Shown here: in pieces, positions 42,024 to 50,707 of the stretch
Layout: the number at the start of each line of letters is the position of its first letter
Position numbering within the stretch: the first letter of the stretch is position 1
Source: an uncultured Chloroflexia bacterium
GTDB lineage: Bacteria > Chloroflexota > Limnocylindria > Limnocylindrales > CSP1-4
Length of the DNA: 64,000 nucleotides
Assembly: GCA_963713975.1 (NCBI GenBank)
Contig: OY970218.1
Coordinates: forward strand, 3,328,001-3,392,000
Direction: 5' to 3'
Position numbers and translations under genes: made by a program
The notes under the pieces: model-generated
Seen by the model: only the letters and a program-made list of their open reading frames with translations
The model's database searches: none
What the model was told of the DNA's origin: nothing

Positions 42024-43484
42024 ATGGCCGACAACCCCAGTGAGATGCCGAAGCCGAGGATTCAGACAGCCCGACGACCGGAGTGCCCGAAGCACCAGGG
42101 CGACGTGTGGCTCGACGGCTTCTACGGGCGCACCCAGCACCACGAGCGGCCGCGATTTCGTTGTGTGCCCCGGATAGATCCGAGAACGGGCAAGCGGCCG
42201 CCGCTCCACGCGAACGGCGAGAAGCCGCACCCATTCATCGAGCGGCTCGCCCGCCGGCATCGCACGTCGGGCGCGGGCACGCCGCACTTCTGCGAGGAGT
42301 GCGAGCACACGCTCGACCGGCACGAGGGGCCGCAGACGACACGGCGCCAGTCCTTCACCGTTCGGGAAGCCGCGCACGCCGTCGTCCAGGTCGCGCAGGG
42401 GATCAGCATGCGCCGCGCCAGCCGTGATGCGCGCGAGAGCGCCGACCGCCTCACGCCGACCTCGTGGGGGATGCTTCGCGCGAGTCCGCACGGGCAGCTT
42501 GCCTCGGACCAGCTCGCGATGTTCGGGACGATCGTCCGCGACGCCCTGATCCCGCCGACCTGGCCCGACAGTGTCGCGCTCGACGAGACCACCTTCGATG
42601 TGGTGGTAACGGACGTGGCCGACGACGGCGAGAAGACCTCGTTTCGTGGCGCGGTCAGCGTCCTCGGCGTGTATGGGTATCCGAACGGGCGCGGCTCGGG
42701 CCGCGCTGCGGCGCTCTCTCCGCGCGGCGGCGGGGACGCGGTGGAGTGGCTCGCGGTGCTCAAGTCACGGCCGAACGCGCCATCGTGGGTGGTGTGCGAC
42801 CAGGGCAAGGCGGTCGTGTCAGCCATCAAGACGGCGTGGCCGAAGGCGACGGTCTACGTCTGCGAGGCCCACCTGCGGATGCTCGCCGAGAATCGGCTCG
42901 CGGCCGACGGCTTCGACCGCAGGAGCGCGCTCTGGCGGGCGATGCCGGGAGCGATCGGCGACCGGGCGCGGTGGGAGCAGCTCGAGGCCGACATGCACGC
43001 CGCCGGTGCGAGGCAGACGCTCGCCTGGATGAGCTCGAACCGCCGGCTCATGGAACGCCAGTGGCGGGTCCGGGATCCGAACCGGCCGCTCTCGATCGGC
43101 GGGCTCGAGACCGTTCTCCGCGAGGTCGTCCATCGGCTTGGGGACCGCAGGCTCGTGTTCCGCAACCGAGCCCGGCTCGAGCTCGTGTTCGACCTCATGG
43201 GCCTCGAGATGGCCGGGCTTGCGACCGAGCGGAGCGTCCGCGACATCATCCGCCGCGACCTTCTACGCAACAAGGGCCGGCCTCGACTTCCGCGGCGCTC
43301 GCTCGACGATCACGGTTCCTCGTCGCTCTACGACGCCATCCGAGCCGTCAACGTCAGGCGGGGGCCGATACGAGCGGCGGCCCTTGTCAGACAGCACAAG
43401 CGCCGAGCTCGGGAGCGCGCCACTGGGCAGAAGGCACTTCAGCGACCCCCGCGACGACCGCCCATCGGGTCAACGCGCCCGTAG
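42024..43484 (+). CDS. Divergent DDE transposase (Mutator/IS256-like core, N-terminal Zn ribbon)
   Basis: CPKH..G.YG..RFRC, CEEC; VALDET, VVCDQGK..AIK.AWP.A....CEAH (CxxH), GGLE; lies within the TIRs. Confidence 0.8.
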   Translation: MADNPSEMPKPRIQTARRPECPKHQGDVWLDGFYGRTQHHERPRFRCVPRIDPRTGKRPPLHANGEKPHPFIERLARRHRTSGAGTPHFCEECEHTLDRHEGPQTTRRQSFTVREAAHAVVQVAQGISMRRASRDARESADRLTPTSWGMLRASPHGQLASDQLAMFGTIVRDALIPPTWPDSVALDETTFDVVVTDVADDGEKTSFRGAVSVLGVYGYPNGRGSGRAAALSPRGGGDAVEWLAVLKSRPNAPSWVVCDQGKAVVSAIKTAWPKATVYVCEAHLRMLAENRLAADGFDRRSALWRAMPGAIGDRARWEQLEADMHAAGARQTLAWMSSNRRLMERQWRVRDPNRPLSIGGLETVLREVVHRLGDRRLVFRNRARLELVFDLMGLEMAGLATERSVRDIIRRDLLRNKGRPRLPRRSLDDHGSSSLYDAIRAVNVRRGPIRAAALVRQHKRRARERATGQKALQRPPRRPPIGSTRP

Positions 43485-43539
43485 CGCCTTGCTGACCGCG
43501 CACACGAGAGGGACGGTGAAGCTCCGGGCGAGCCTCGCA

Positions 43540-44154
43540 CTACTTCGCGAGTAGGCGCCGACGCCAGGCAAGGCTTCCGGCGAGCAATCCTGCCAGGGCG
43601 ACGATCAGGCCGACGGGAAGCTCCTGCGCTGGTGGCTCCGGGAGCGTCGCCGTGTCGGGCGGCGTCAGCCGGAGCAGCCGGAAGACCTCGGCGACGGTGA
43701 TCCTCTCAACGCCGACGGAGTCCCACGGCGTGCCTCGGATCCAGGCGACCGTGTTGACCTGGATCGCCGGGCTGAAGTCGGTGGCGTCAAACGCGAGCGC
43801 GATCCGATCGCCTTCGCGAGCCTGGATGACGCCTGCGCAGGGCTGCGTCGGCAGATCGTTGATCTCCATCGTTCGCCCGGCGTCGCCGACGGGGGTGTAA
43901 CGGACTCGGAGCGTGAAGCGGCTCGACCATCCATTGTTAGTCGCAGCCCGGGCGAGGCCGCCGTCGCGCACGGCGATCACATCTCCGATGACCACGCGCT
44001 TGGCGGTGGCGAGGGCGTCTCGGAACGATGGGACGGGGCCATCACACTCGGCCGCAACAGGAAGCGGGCTGACCGCGATCGCGCCAAAGGCGACGGCACT
44101 TGCGAGGACGCCGGTGATGAAGCGGCGCCAAGGATCGGAGCGGTTCGTGTCCAA
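43540..44154 (-). CDS. Passenger: secreted protein with signal peptide, Cys pair and C-terminal membrane anchor
   Basis: Signal ..PVAA-EC, CDGPVPSFRDALATAKRVVIGDV, QPC; PDTATLP + TM + RRR tail; own -10 TAGCAT and SD. Confidence 0.75.
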   Translation of the reverse strand: MDTNRSDPWRRFITGVLASAVAFGAIAVSPLPVAAECDGPVPSFRDALATAKRVVIGDVIAVRDGGLARAATNNGWSSRFTLRVRYTPVGDAGRTMEINDLPTQPCAGVIQAREGDRIALAFDATDFSPAIQVNTVAWIRGTPWDSVGVERITVAEVFRLLRLTPPDTATLPEPPAQELPVGLIVALAGLLAGSLAWRRRLLAK

Positions 44155-44394
44155 GTGCGCCCCCTTCGTGTGGCTCGCCAGTGTCGTGGTGGACGCGTCA
44201 GCGGCTCGTCATGCTACGCGGCCGCTCGAAGCTGTCCCCACAGGGGACACCTGGAGGCACGAAGGTCCCGAGTGGTGCGTTCGGTAAACCCCTACTGACG
44301 CGAGACTTCAACGAACGTGTCACAGGACCTTTCCTCCGGCAGCGGGACGCGCGATGATGGCCGTCGGCCGCTGGGGCCGTGGAGGTCTGGTCAC

Positions 44395-45387
44395 GTGCAC
44401 GTCAATCGCGGGCTCATGGGATGGGGCGTCTTCTTCATCGTGCTGGGGGCCGTGCCCCTCGCGGTGCGATCCGGCACGATCGACGAGTCGGTCGTGCGAC
44501 GGGCGTGGGAGCTGTGGCCGCTGATCCTGATCGGGATCGGCCTGGGGCTTGTGCTGGCACGGACCCGGCTGGCCATCGTGGGCACCCTGGTCGTGGCGGT
44601 CACGTTTGGCCTGATGGGCGGCGCCCTGCTGGCCGGAGGTGTGGGGGTGGTGAGCGGGGTCGGGCCATGCGGCCTCGGGGGTGGCAGCGGCTCCGGCCAG
44701 TCGTTCGAGACGCGGACCGGCTCGTTCGCGGGCGACGCGACAGTCCGCCTCGAGATGGACTGCGGCGAGGTGGCCCTGAGCCCGGTCGATGGCGCGGACT
44801 GGACCGTGGCGGGAACGGCGGACGGGGGGCGCGCGCAGGACATGACCGCGACGGATCGCCGGCTCGTGGTGCGCACGCCGGATCACAACGGCGCCATCCT
44901 CGGCACCGCCCCAACCCGCTGGCAGGTGGCGCTGCCACGGGCGACGGCGGTCTCGGTGGAACTGACCCTCAACGCCGGCTCCGCGGACCTCGATCTCGCG
45001 GGCATGACCGTCCCGGCCGCGACCGTGGACGTGAACGCGGGCGACGCCAGGATCGACCTGCATGACGCCGCGGGGACCCAACGCCTCCAGGCATCGGCCA
45101 ACGCCGGCTCGCTGGTGATCCTCCTGCCGGTGCCAGTCGGAACCCTTGCTGGTTCGATCACCGTGAACGCCGGGTCCGCGAAGCTCTGCATTCCGGACGG
45201 CGTCGCGGTCCGGGTACGGAGCGAGGACAAGGCGCTCGGCTCGGTCGACGTCGGCGGCGGCGGCCTGATCCGCAACGGAGACACTTGGTCCACGTCGGGC
45301 TTCGCAGACGCGTCGTCGCGCATCGACGTCACGGTCAACGTGAACCTGGGCAGCATCTCCATCGACCCGGAGGATGGTTGTGACTGA
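44395..45387 (+). CDS. LiaF/DUF5668 TM domain plus DUF4097 (toastrack)-like beta-repeat protein
   Basis: WELWPLILIGIG; repeated (L/V)NAGS/D beta strands; SD GGAGG before GTG 44395. Confidence 0.75.
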   Translation: MHVNRGLMGWGVFFIVLGAVPLAVRSGTIDESVVRRAWELWPLILIGIGLGLVLARTRLAIVGTLVVAVTFGLMGGALLAGGVGVVSGVGPCGLGGGSGSGQSFETRTGSFAGDATVRLEMDCGEVALSPVDGADWTVAGTADGGRAQDMTATDRRLVVRTPDHNGAILGTAPTRWQVALPRATAVSVELTLNAGSADLDLAGMTVPAATVDVNAGDARIDLHDAAGTQRLQASANAGSLVILLPVPVGTLAGSITVNAGSAKLCIPDGVAVRVRSEDKALGSVDVGGGGLIRNGDTWSTSGFADASSRIDVTVNVNLGSISIDPEDGCD

Positions 45388-45919
45388 ACGGCTCTACCGG
45401 AACCCGACGGACCGGGTCATCGCAGGGGTCGCCGGTGGCCTGGCCACCTGGCTCAACATCGACCCGTCGCTGGTCCGGATCGCGTGGGTCCTGCTGGGCA
45501 TCTTCTCGGGCGGGATTTTCGTGCTCGTCTACATCGTGATGATGATCGTGGTGCCGCTGCCACCGCCTGGCTGGGTGCCGCGGCCCCGTGACGCCGCCGG
45601 ACCGGGTCCGTCAAGCGGTGCCGCGTGGCCGCCCGAGCCTGGGACCTGGACATCGACCCCGGGCGATCCCGGGACCTCGGGCTCCCCCACCCCGACCTGG
45701 GGCACACCCCCGCCGGGCGGATCGGCGGAGCCGGCACCGGGCCGCGTCAGCTCCGGCAACGCGGGCATCGTCGGGGGCGTGATCCTCATCGGGCTTGGCG
45801 TCTGGTTCCTCGTAGACCAGTACGTCGATATCAACTGGCAGCTCCTGTGGCCGGTCGCGGTGATCGTGGTCGGCGTGGTGCTCATCGCCGGGGCGCTGAT
45901 GCGCCGACCGTCGGCCTAG
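45374..45919 (+). CDS. pspC: PspC-domain membrane protein
   Basis: RLYR...DRVIAGVAGGLA....IDPSLVR; C-terminal WPV TM pair. Confidence 0.85.
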   Translation: MVVTERLYRNPTDRVIAGVAGGLATWLNIDPSLVRIAWVLLGIFSGGIFVLVYIVMMIVVPLPPPGWVPRPRDAAGPGPSSGAAWPPEPGTWTSTPGDPGTSGSPTPTWGTPPPGGSAEPAPGRVSSGNAGIVGGVILIGLGVWFLVDQYVDINWQLLWPVAVIVVGVVLIAGALMRRPSA

Positions 45920-45943
45920 CATCGACACCGCGTCCCTGTCCTG

Positions 45944-47017
45944 ATGGATTCCGCCGCCGCCCTGCTATCGCTCTGCATATTCGGGGTCGCGGGCGGCCTG
46001 CTCCTGCTCTGGCGCGGGCTCGCCGGCTATCGGTCGGCCGTCATGCTCGGCGACACGTCGACCTCACAGATCGACAGCCTGGCGGCTGGAGAGGTGCGCG
46101 TGTCCGGCGTCATCGTGCCCGGCGAGGTGACCCTCGTGTCGCCGCTCCAGAGCGCTCCGTGCGTCTGGTACCGCGCATCCGTGCGCGCCGGGGGGCGTGA
46201 CGACGATGTGGTCTTCCAGGAGGAGAAGGCCGTCGGGTTTCGCGTCCGCGACGGTGATGGCGCCATCCGCGTGTTCCCGGCTGGTGCCCGGATCACGGCC
46301 ACGCCGCGGTTCAAGGGGAGCGCCAGCCTGATGGGCGACGCCCCGGCCGGGCTCAACCCGAGGGTTGGTTCGGCCTACGGGCCCGGCGCACGGGCGGACG
46401 ACGGCGAGCCCGAGGACCGCGCAGCCGCGATCGCCGCGCTCCTGACGGTGCGCCAGCCGGCCGCACGGGACCTCGAGCTCGACGGCGAGGGTCGCGGCCG
46501 CAACTACGAGGAGGCACGGCTCGAACCCGGCGATGTCGTGACCGTCGTGGGCACCGCCCTCCCGTTTGGACACCTGCGCGACCCGTTCGGAGCCGACCGC
46601 ATGGACCGGGCCGCCGACCCATTGACGGGTCTCGACGATCCGCTCGTGGCGGCGGAGATCGCGCAGGCCCGCGCCGCCGGCACGTTGCTCACGCCCGAGG
46701 AGGCATGGGGTAACGCCGCGATCCCGGGCTTCGGCATCGGGAAGCCGGTGCGCGAGCCCGAGCTTGACCCCACCGCGGACCGGCCGGTCCTCGCCCCACA
46801 CACCGAGGCTGCGGAGGCCGCGGCCCGCTTCGACATTGCCCCCGACACGCTGGTCCTGGCCGCAGGAGAGGGATCGCCGCTGGCCATCGTCGAGGGAGCG
46901 CCCGGAGCGGCCGTCGCACGCGAGCAGGACAAGTTCCTCCTCGGGCTCCTGGGGGCCGCGATCGCCATCGGGTCCGCTATCGTGGCCGCCATCATCCTAG
47001 GAGACCCGCCCGCGTGA
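45944..47017 (+). CDS. GIDE-domain-like membrane protein
   Basis: N-terminal TM, DT.TS.I.SLAAG.V.VSG, SPL...CVWY, EE..L.PGD.V.VVG, C-terminal TM; next to lemA. Confidence 0.7.
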   Translation: MDSAAALLSLCIFGVAGGLLLLWRGLAGYRSAVMLGDTSTSQIDSLAAGEVRVSGVIVPGEVTLVSPLQSAPCVWYRASVRAGGRDDDVVFQEEKAVGFRVRDGDGAIRVFPAGARITATPRFKGSASLMGDAPAGLNPRVGSAYGPGARADDGEPEDRAAAIAALLTVRQPAARDLELDGEGRGRNYEEARLEPGDVVTVVGTALPFGHLRDPFGADRMDRAADPLTGLDDPLVAAEIAQARAAGTLLTPEEAWGNAAIPGFGIGKPVREPELDPTADRPVLAPHTEAAEAAARFDIAPDTLVLAAGEGSPLAIVEGAPGAAVAREQDKFLLGLLGAAIAIGSAIVAAIILGDPPA

Positions 47018-47589
47018 CCCCCGCCAACGGTGCCGCCCTGTTCGCCCTCCTGGTGCTGGGCGTCATCGTCGTGTTCCTCGCGATCACCACCTACAACGCG
47101 GTGGTCGCCTTGCGCAACCGGATCGCAAAGGCGTGGGCCAACATCGACGTGGCCCTCAAGCAGCGCCACGACCAGCTGCCGAACCTTGTGGAGGCCGTCC
47201 GGGGGCTGATGGCCTTCGAGCGAGACGTGCTCGAGGAGGTCACCATCGCGCGGGCCGCGTACTCCGACCGGGACCCGATCCCGGCCCAGGCCGCCACCTC
47301 CGAGGCGACGTCGGCCGCGGTGCGGCACCTGTTCGCCGTCGTCGAGAACTACCCGGAGATCAAGTCCGCCGGCAACGTGATGGCGCTCCAGGCAGAGATC
47401 GCCAGGCTCGAGGACGTCATCGCCGACCGGCGCGAGCTCTACAACGACCAGGTCTTCCGCTACAACACCCGTATCGCGCAGGTGCCGGCGAACATCCTCG
47501 CCTCGCTGATCGGCTGGCGCCCCGAGCCGTTCTTCGCGGCCACCGAGGAGGAGCGGGCGAAACCTGCGGTGGAGCTGGGCGGAGCCTGA
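47014..47589 (+). CDS. lemA: LemA family protein
   Basis: YN..V.LRN....AWANIDVALKQRHD..PNLV, ENYPEIKS, RRELYND. Confidence 0.93.
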   Translation: MTPANGAALFALLVLGVIVVFLAITTYNAVVALRNRIAKAWANIDVALKQRHDQLPNLVEAVRGLMAFERDVLEEVTIARAAYSDRDPIPAQAATSEATSAAVRHLFAVVENYPEIKSAGNVMALQAEIARLEDVIADRRELYNDQVFRYNTRIAQVPANILASLIGWRPEPFFAATEEERAKPAVELGGA

Positions 47590-47624
47590 CGGGCAGAGGC
47601 CCGGGCCCCGACTTGGCGACCTGA

Positions 47625-47666
47625 GTCACGGTCAGTCACGGGTCCGTCACCGATCGCGCCTAGACT
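47625..47666 (+). promoter_or_regulatory. GTCAC direct-repeat array plus -10 box upstream of msrA
   Basis: GTCAC at 47625, 47635 and 47646; TAGACT at 47661-47666. Confidence 0.6.
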
Positions 47667-47691
47667 TCGGGCACACCACGGAGGTCGTCCC

Positions 47692-48345
47692 TTGCAGTTC
47701 CTGTTCCGCCAACCGTCGATGCCTGACCCGTCCGATCTCCTGCCCGGCCGGGCCGAGCCAATCGTGGATCCCGCGCCGCACTTCGTCTCGCGGCGCTCAC
47801 TGGTGCCCCCCTATCCCGACGGCTTCGAGGTCATGGACGTCGGCATGGGCTGCTTCTGGGGCGCCGAGAAGAAGTTCTGGTCGATCCCGGGCGTCTGGGT
47901 GACGGCCGTCGGCTACCAGGGCGGCGGCACGCCGAACCCGACCTACCAGGAGGCCTGCTCCGGCCATACCGGGCACGCGGAGGTGGTCCGGATCGTGTTC
48001 GACCCCTCGGTGGTCACGTACGAGCGTCTGCTCAAGGTGTTCTGGGAGTCCCACGACCCGACACAGGGCTTCCGCCAGGGCAACGACCGGGGCACCCAGT
48101 ACCGCTCCGCGATCTTCAGCCACGGCGAGGCGCAGCTCGCTGCGGCGACCGCGTCCCGGGAGATGTACCAGGGCGAGCTGGCCAAGGCCGGCTACGGGGC
48201 GATCACCACCGAGATCCGCGAAGCGCCGACGTTCTACTTCGCGGAGGACTACCACCAGCAGTACCTGGCCAAGAACCCTGGGGGCTACGACTGCCACACC
48301 GCGACGGGGGTTGCGTGCCCGATTGGAGTCGGGGTGAAGGCGTAG
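47692..48345 (+). CDS. msrA: Peptide-methionine (S)-S-oxide reductase
   Basis: GCFWG, TGHAE, HDPTQ..RQGND.GTQYRS, AEDYHQQY. Confidence 0.97.
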   Translation: MQFLFRQPSMPDPSDLLPGRAEPIVDPAPHFVSRRSLVPPYPDGFEVMDVGMGCFWGAEKKFWSIPGVWVTAVGYQGGGTPNPTYQEACSGHTGHAEVVRIVFDPSVVTYERLLKVFWESHDPTQGFRQGNDRGTQYRSAIFSHGEAQLAAATASREMYQGELAKAGYGAITTEIREAPTFYFAEDYHQQYLAKNPGGYDCHTATGVACPIGVGVKA

Positions 48346-48430
48346 GCCAATGCGCACGGGCCAATAGCCCCTTGCGGAACGCGCTTGGGATTGGGGCATG
48401 CGACCCAGGACATCGCCCGCCTACTGGCCC

Positions 48431-48658
48431 ATGCGCATCCTGCTCTCGATCGGGATCGCGTCGGTCGCGGTCATCGCGCTTTGGGCGCTCCTGCCACCGA
48501 TCGAGCTCACCATTGGCGGCGCGTATGGGGAGTTCGACGCGCCAATCGGCGTGGGCGTTCTGGCAGTAGCCTTCGCGGCCATCGGACTCCTCGGAATGAT
48601 CCGCGTGTTCCGAACGGCTGACGGCGAGCCGCCGCGCTGGCGCTACCGCGACCGCTGA
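48431..48658 (+). CDS. Small two-TM hypothetical protein
   Basis: Two hydrophobic segments, PPRWRYRDR end. Confidence 0.55.
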   Translation: MRILLSIGIASVAVIALWALLPPIELTIGGAYGEFDAPIGVGVLAVAFAAIGLLGMIRVFRTADGEPPRWRYRDR

Positions 48659-48793
48659 CGCGGAATCGGGCCCGCGGCTCCGGCGAGTCGCACTGCATCA
48701 GCGAGTCATCCCGCCGCCTTGAACAGCGACGGTTCCATGGCGAGCCGCGGGGCCTCGTCGGACGCAGCGGTCGCTCAACCAGGAGGACCTCCG

Positions 48794-49090
48794 TTGTCGT
48801 TTCAGGCGTACCTGGACAACATCGAAGCGAAGACCGGCAAGACGCCGCGCGAGTTCATCGCGCTCGCCGAGGCTCGCGGGTACGACGATCCAGGCGTCAA
48901 GGCCGGTGTCATCGTGGAATGGCTCAAGACCGACTTCGGTCTCGGGCGCGGTCACGCGATGGCGCTCGTCTACGTCATCAAGAACGGCCCGAAGATCGAT
49001 CCCAAGCATGTCGGCACCGAGGGTTCGCACAGCGATCCGTCCGACACGCTCTGGCTGGATGGGCGGGCCACCAACCCGGTCCCTGGTTGA
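48794..49090 (+). CDS. DUF4287-like protein
   Basis: SFQAYLDNIE.KTGK, WLK.DFGLGRGHAMAL; SD AGGAGG. Confidence 0.85.
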   Translation: MSFQAYLDNIEAKTGKTPREFIALAEARGYDDPGVKAGVIVEWLKTDFGLGRGHAMALVYVIKNGPKIDPKHVGTEGSHSDPSDTLWLDGRATNPVPG

Positions 49091-49106
49091 CCTGGGCTTC
49101 GCCCCG

Positions 49107-49460
49107 TCAGCCTGCGGCCACCACGCAGAAGCGATTGCCCTCCGGGTCGGCCAGGATCACGTAGTCGGCGTCGGCAGGCCGCTTCGCCCAGCGGACCTCG
49201 GTGGCGCCGAGGCCGATGAGGCGCCGGACCTCCGCGGCCTGGTCCTCCGCGTACAGGTCGAGGTGGATCCTCGGCGGCACCCGATCGGCCGCCGCATAGG
49301 CGTCGAGCGAGATGTTCGGCCCCACATGGTCCCGAGGATGAAGCAGCACGAAGTCGTCGCTGTCGTCAACGCGCCGGACGTAGTCCAGCGCCGCGGCCCA
49401 GAACCGGGCCTCGAGCTCCAGGTCGTCCACGCGGAGCACGATCGAGCCGACGCGGATCAC
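49107..49460 (-). CDS. VOC/glyoxalase family protein
   Basis: FWAAAL, RIHLDL, LADPEGNRFCV. Confidence 0.9.
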   Translation of the reverse strand: MIRVGSIVLRVDDLELEARFWAAALDYVRRVDDSDDFVLLHPRDHVGPNISLDAYAAADRVPPRIHLDLYAEDQAAEVRRLIGLGATEVRWAKRPADADYVILADPEGNRFCVVAAG

Positions 49461-49470
49461 GCGCCCACCA

Positions 49471-49959
49471 TCACTGAACGGTAGTGCTGCCCCGCGACCG
49501 GGTCGCCCAGTTAAGGACGGCCACGGCCATGATGACCGCGGCGACCGCGAGACCGAGGCCCAGGATCTCGAGATCCCCGGTCCATTCGACGGCCTGGCCG
49601 AGGAATGCGACCAGCAGGGCGACGATGATCACCTCGGTCAGGTTGTCCTTGAGGTCGTCGAGCGAGTCGATCTTGAGCCACCCGGGAAGCGGCAGGTCTG
49701 CGCTGACGAACAGCTGGTACAGCCCGGCCGAGATGACGAACAGGACGGTCCCGATCAGGAAGATGTCGATCAGGGCCACCGTGTCGGCGATGAGGCTCTT
49801 GCTCGCCGTGGCGGAGACGTCACCGACCCGGATCAGTTCGACGATTACGGCCATCACGCGGATCAGGCCGAACACCTGGAGCGTCGCCGAAGCAAGGAAC
49901 GACCCCAGGACCGCGAGGAGGATGAGGAACCGGCTGGTCCCGAGGATGTTGCGAATCAT
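49471..49959 (-). CDS. YqhA/UPF0114 family membrane protein
   Basis: IDIFLIGTVL..ISAGLYQLF, LPGWL.IDSLDDLK. Confidence 0.85.
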   Translation of the reverse strand: MIRNILGTSRFLILLAVLGSFLASATLQVFGLIRVMAVIVELIRVGDVSATASKSLIADTVALIDIFLIGTVLFVISAGLYQLFVSADLPLPGWLKIDSLDDLKDNLTEVIIVALLVAFLGQAVEWTGDLEILGLGLAVAAVIMAVAVLNWATRSRGSTTVQ

Positions 49960-50046
49960 GGCGGCGATCGTACCCGACGAGCCCGCGGGAGATCACGCCC
50001 CCGGACCGGGACGCCGCGACCCGCGGTCCGCTGCAACAATGGCGCG

Positions 50047-50676
50047 ATGCACGCCGTCGGCAAGACTACGACGCCCGCCTGGCGTCAGGCAGCGGTGGTC
50101 GCGGTCGCCGGCCTCGCCACCGGGGTGCTGACCCAGGTCGGCCAGGGCGCCCTGCCCGATGACTGGTCCCAGGCCGCGAACGCGATCTCGCCGTGGCTGC
50201 TGGTCGCCTTCCTCGTGGGCTCGACGATGCCGGATCCGCGGCGGGCCGCGCTGGCCGGGATCGGGACGCTGGTGCTCGCCCTCGTGGGCTACGACGCGAT
50301 GATCCTGCTCCGGTATGGCTATGGACCGGGGGCATCATCGACGGTGTTCTGGGGGATCGGCGCCCTCGTCGGGGGTCCGGTCTTCGGGATCGCCGGCACC
50401 TGGTGGCACACCGGCCCGCCACGGCGGCGCGCGATCGCCATCGGGTTCCTGGTTGCCGTCTTCGTGGCCGAAGGGCTGCGCAATGCGCTGATGCTCGCGT
50501 ACCCGGCCGCAGGCTCCGCGTTCATCATCGTCGGGTTGCTGCTGCCGCTGATCCTGGGACGTTCTCGGGGCGACCGGGTGGGTGCCTACGTGGCGACCGT
50601 CCCCCTGCTCGGCCTGGGCGTCCTCGGCTACCTGGTGTTCATGTTGCTCAACGACGTGACTGCCGGTCTGAGGTAG
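50047..50676 (+). CDS. Multi-pass membrane protein (DUF6518-like)
   Basis: AN..SPWLLVAF..G, GGPVFG..G.W pattern. Confidence 0.65.
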   Translation: MHAVGKTTTPAWRQAAVVAVAGLATGVLTQVGQGALPDDWSQAANAISPWLLVAFLVGSTMPDPRRAALAGIGTLVLALVGYDAMILLRYGYGPGASSTVFWGIGALVGGPVFGIAGTWWHTGPPRRRAIAIGFLVAVFVAEGLRNALMLAYPAAGSAFIIVGLLLPLILGRSRGDRVGAYVATVPLLGLGVLGYLVFMLLNDVTAGLR

Positions 50677-50707
50677 CGGGCTTGCGGGCCGCACTAGGAT
50701 GACCGGC

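Larger units (their letters stand above)
41951..44310 (+). mobile_element. 2360-bp transposon with long TIRs, 8-bp TSD, DDE transposase and passenger gene
   Basis: TIR TGAAGTCTCGCGTCAGTAGGGGTTTACCGAACGCACCACTCGGGACCT at 41951-41998 is the exact revcomp of 44263-44310; ACGAACGT at 41943-41950 and 44311-44318. Confidence 0.92.

Noticed and set aside
41938-44323. Reading the inverted repeats as an invertible segment (phase-variation switch)
   Set aside because: The direct 8-bp duplication, TG/CA ends and enclosed DDE-type gene fit transposition; there is no serine or tyrosine recombinase.
44317-44394. ORF-track start at GTG 44317
   Set aside because: It falls inside the TSD; GTG 44395 has a GGAGG SD and begins the recognisable domain.
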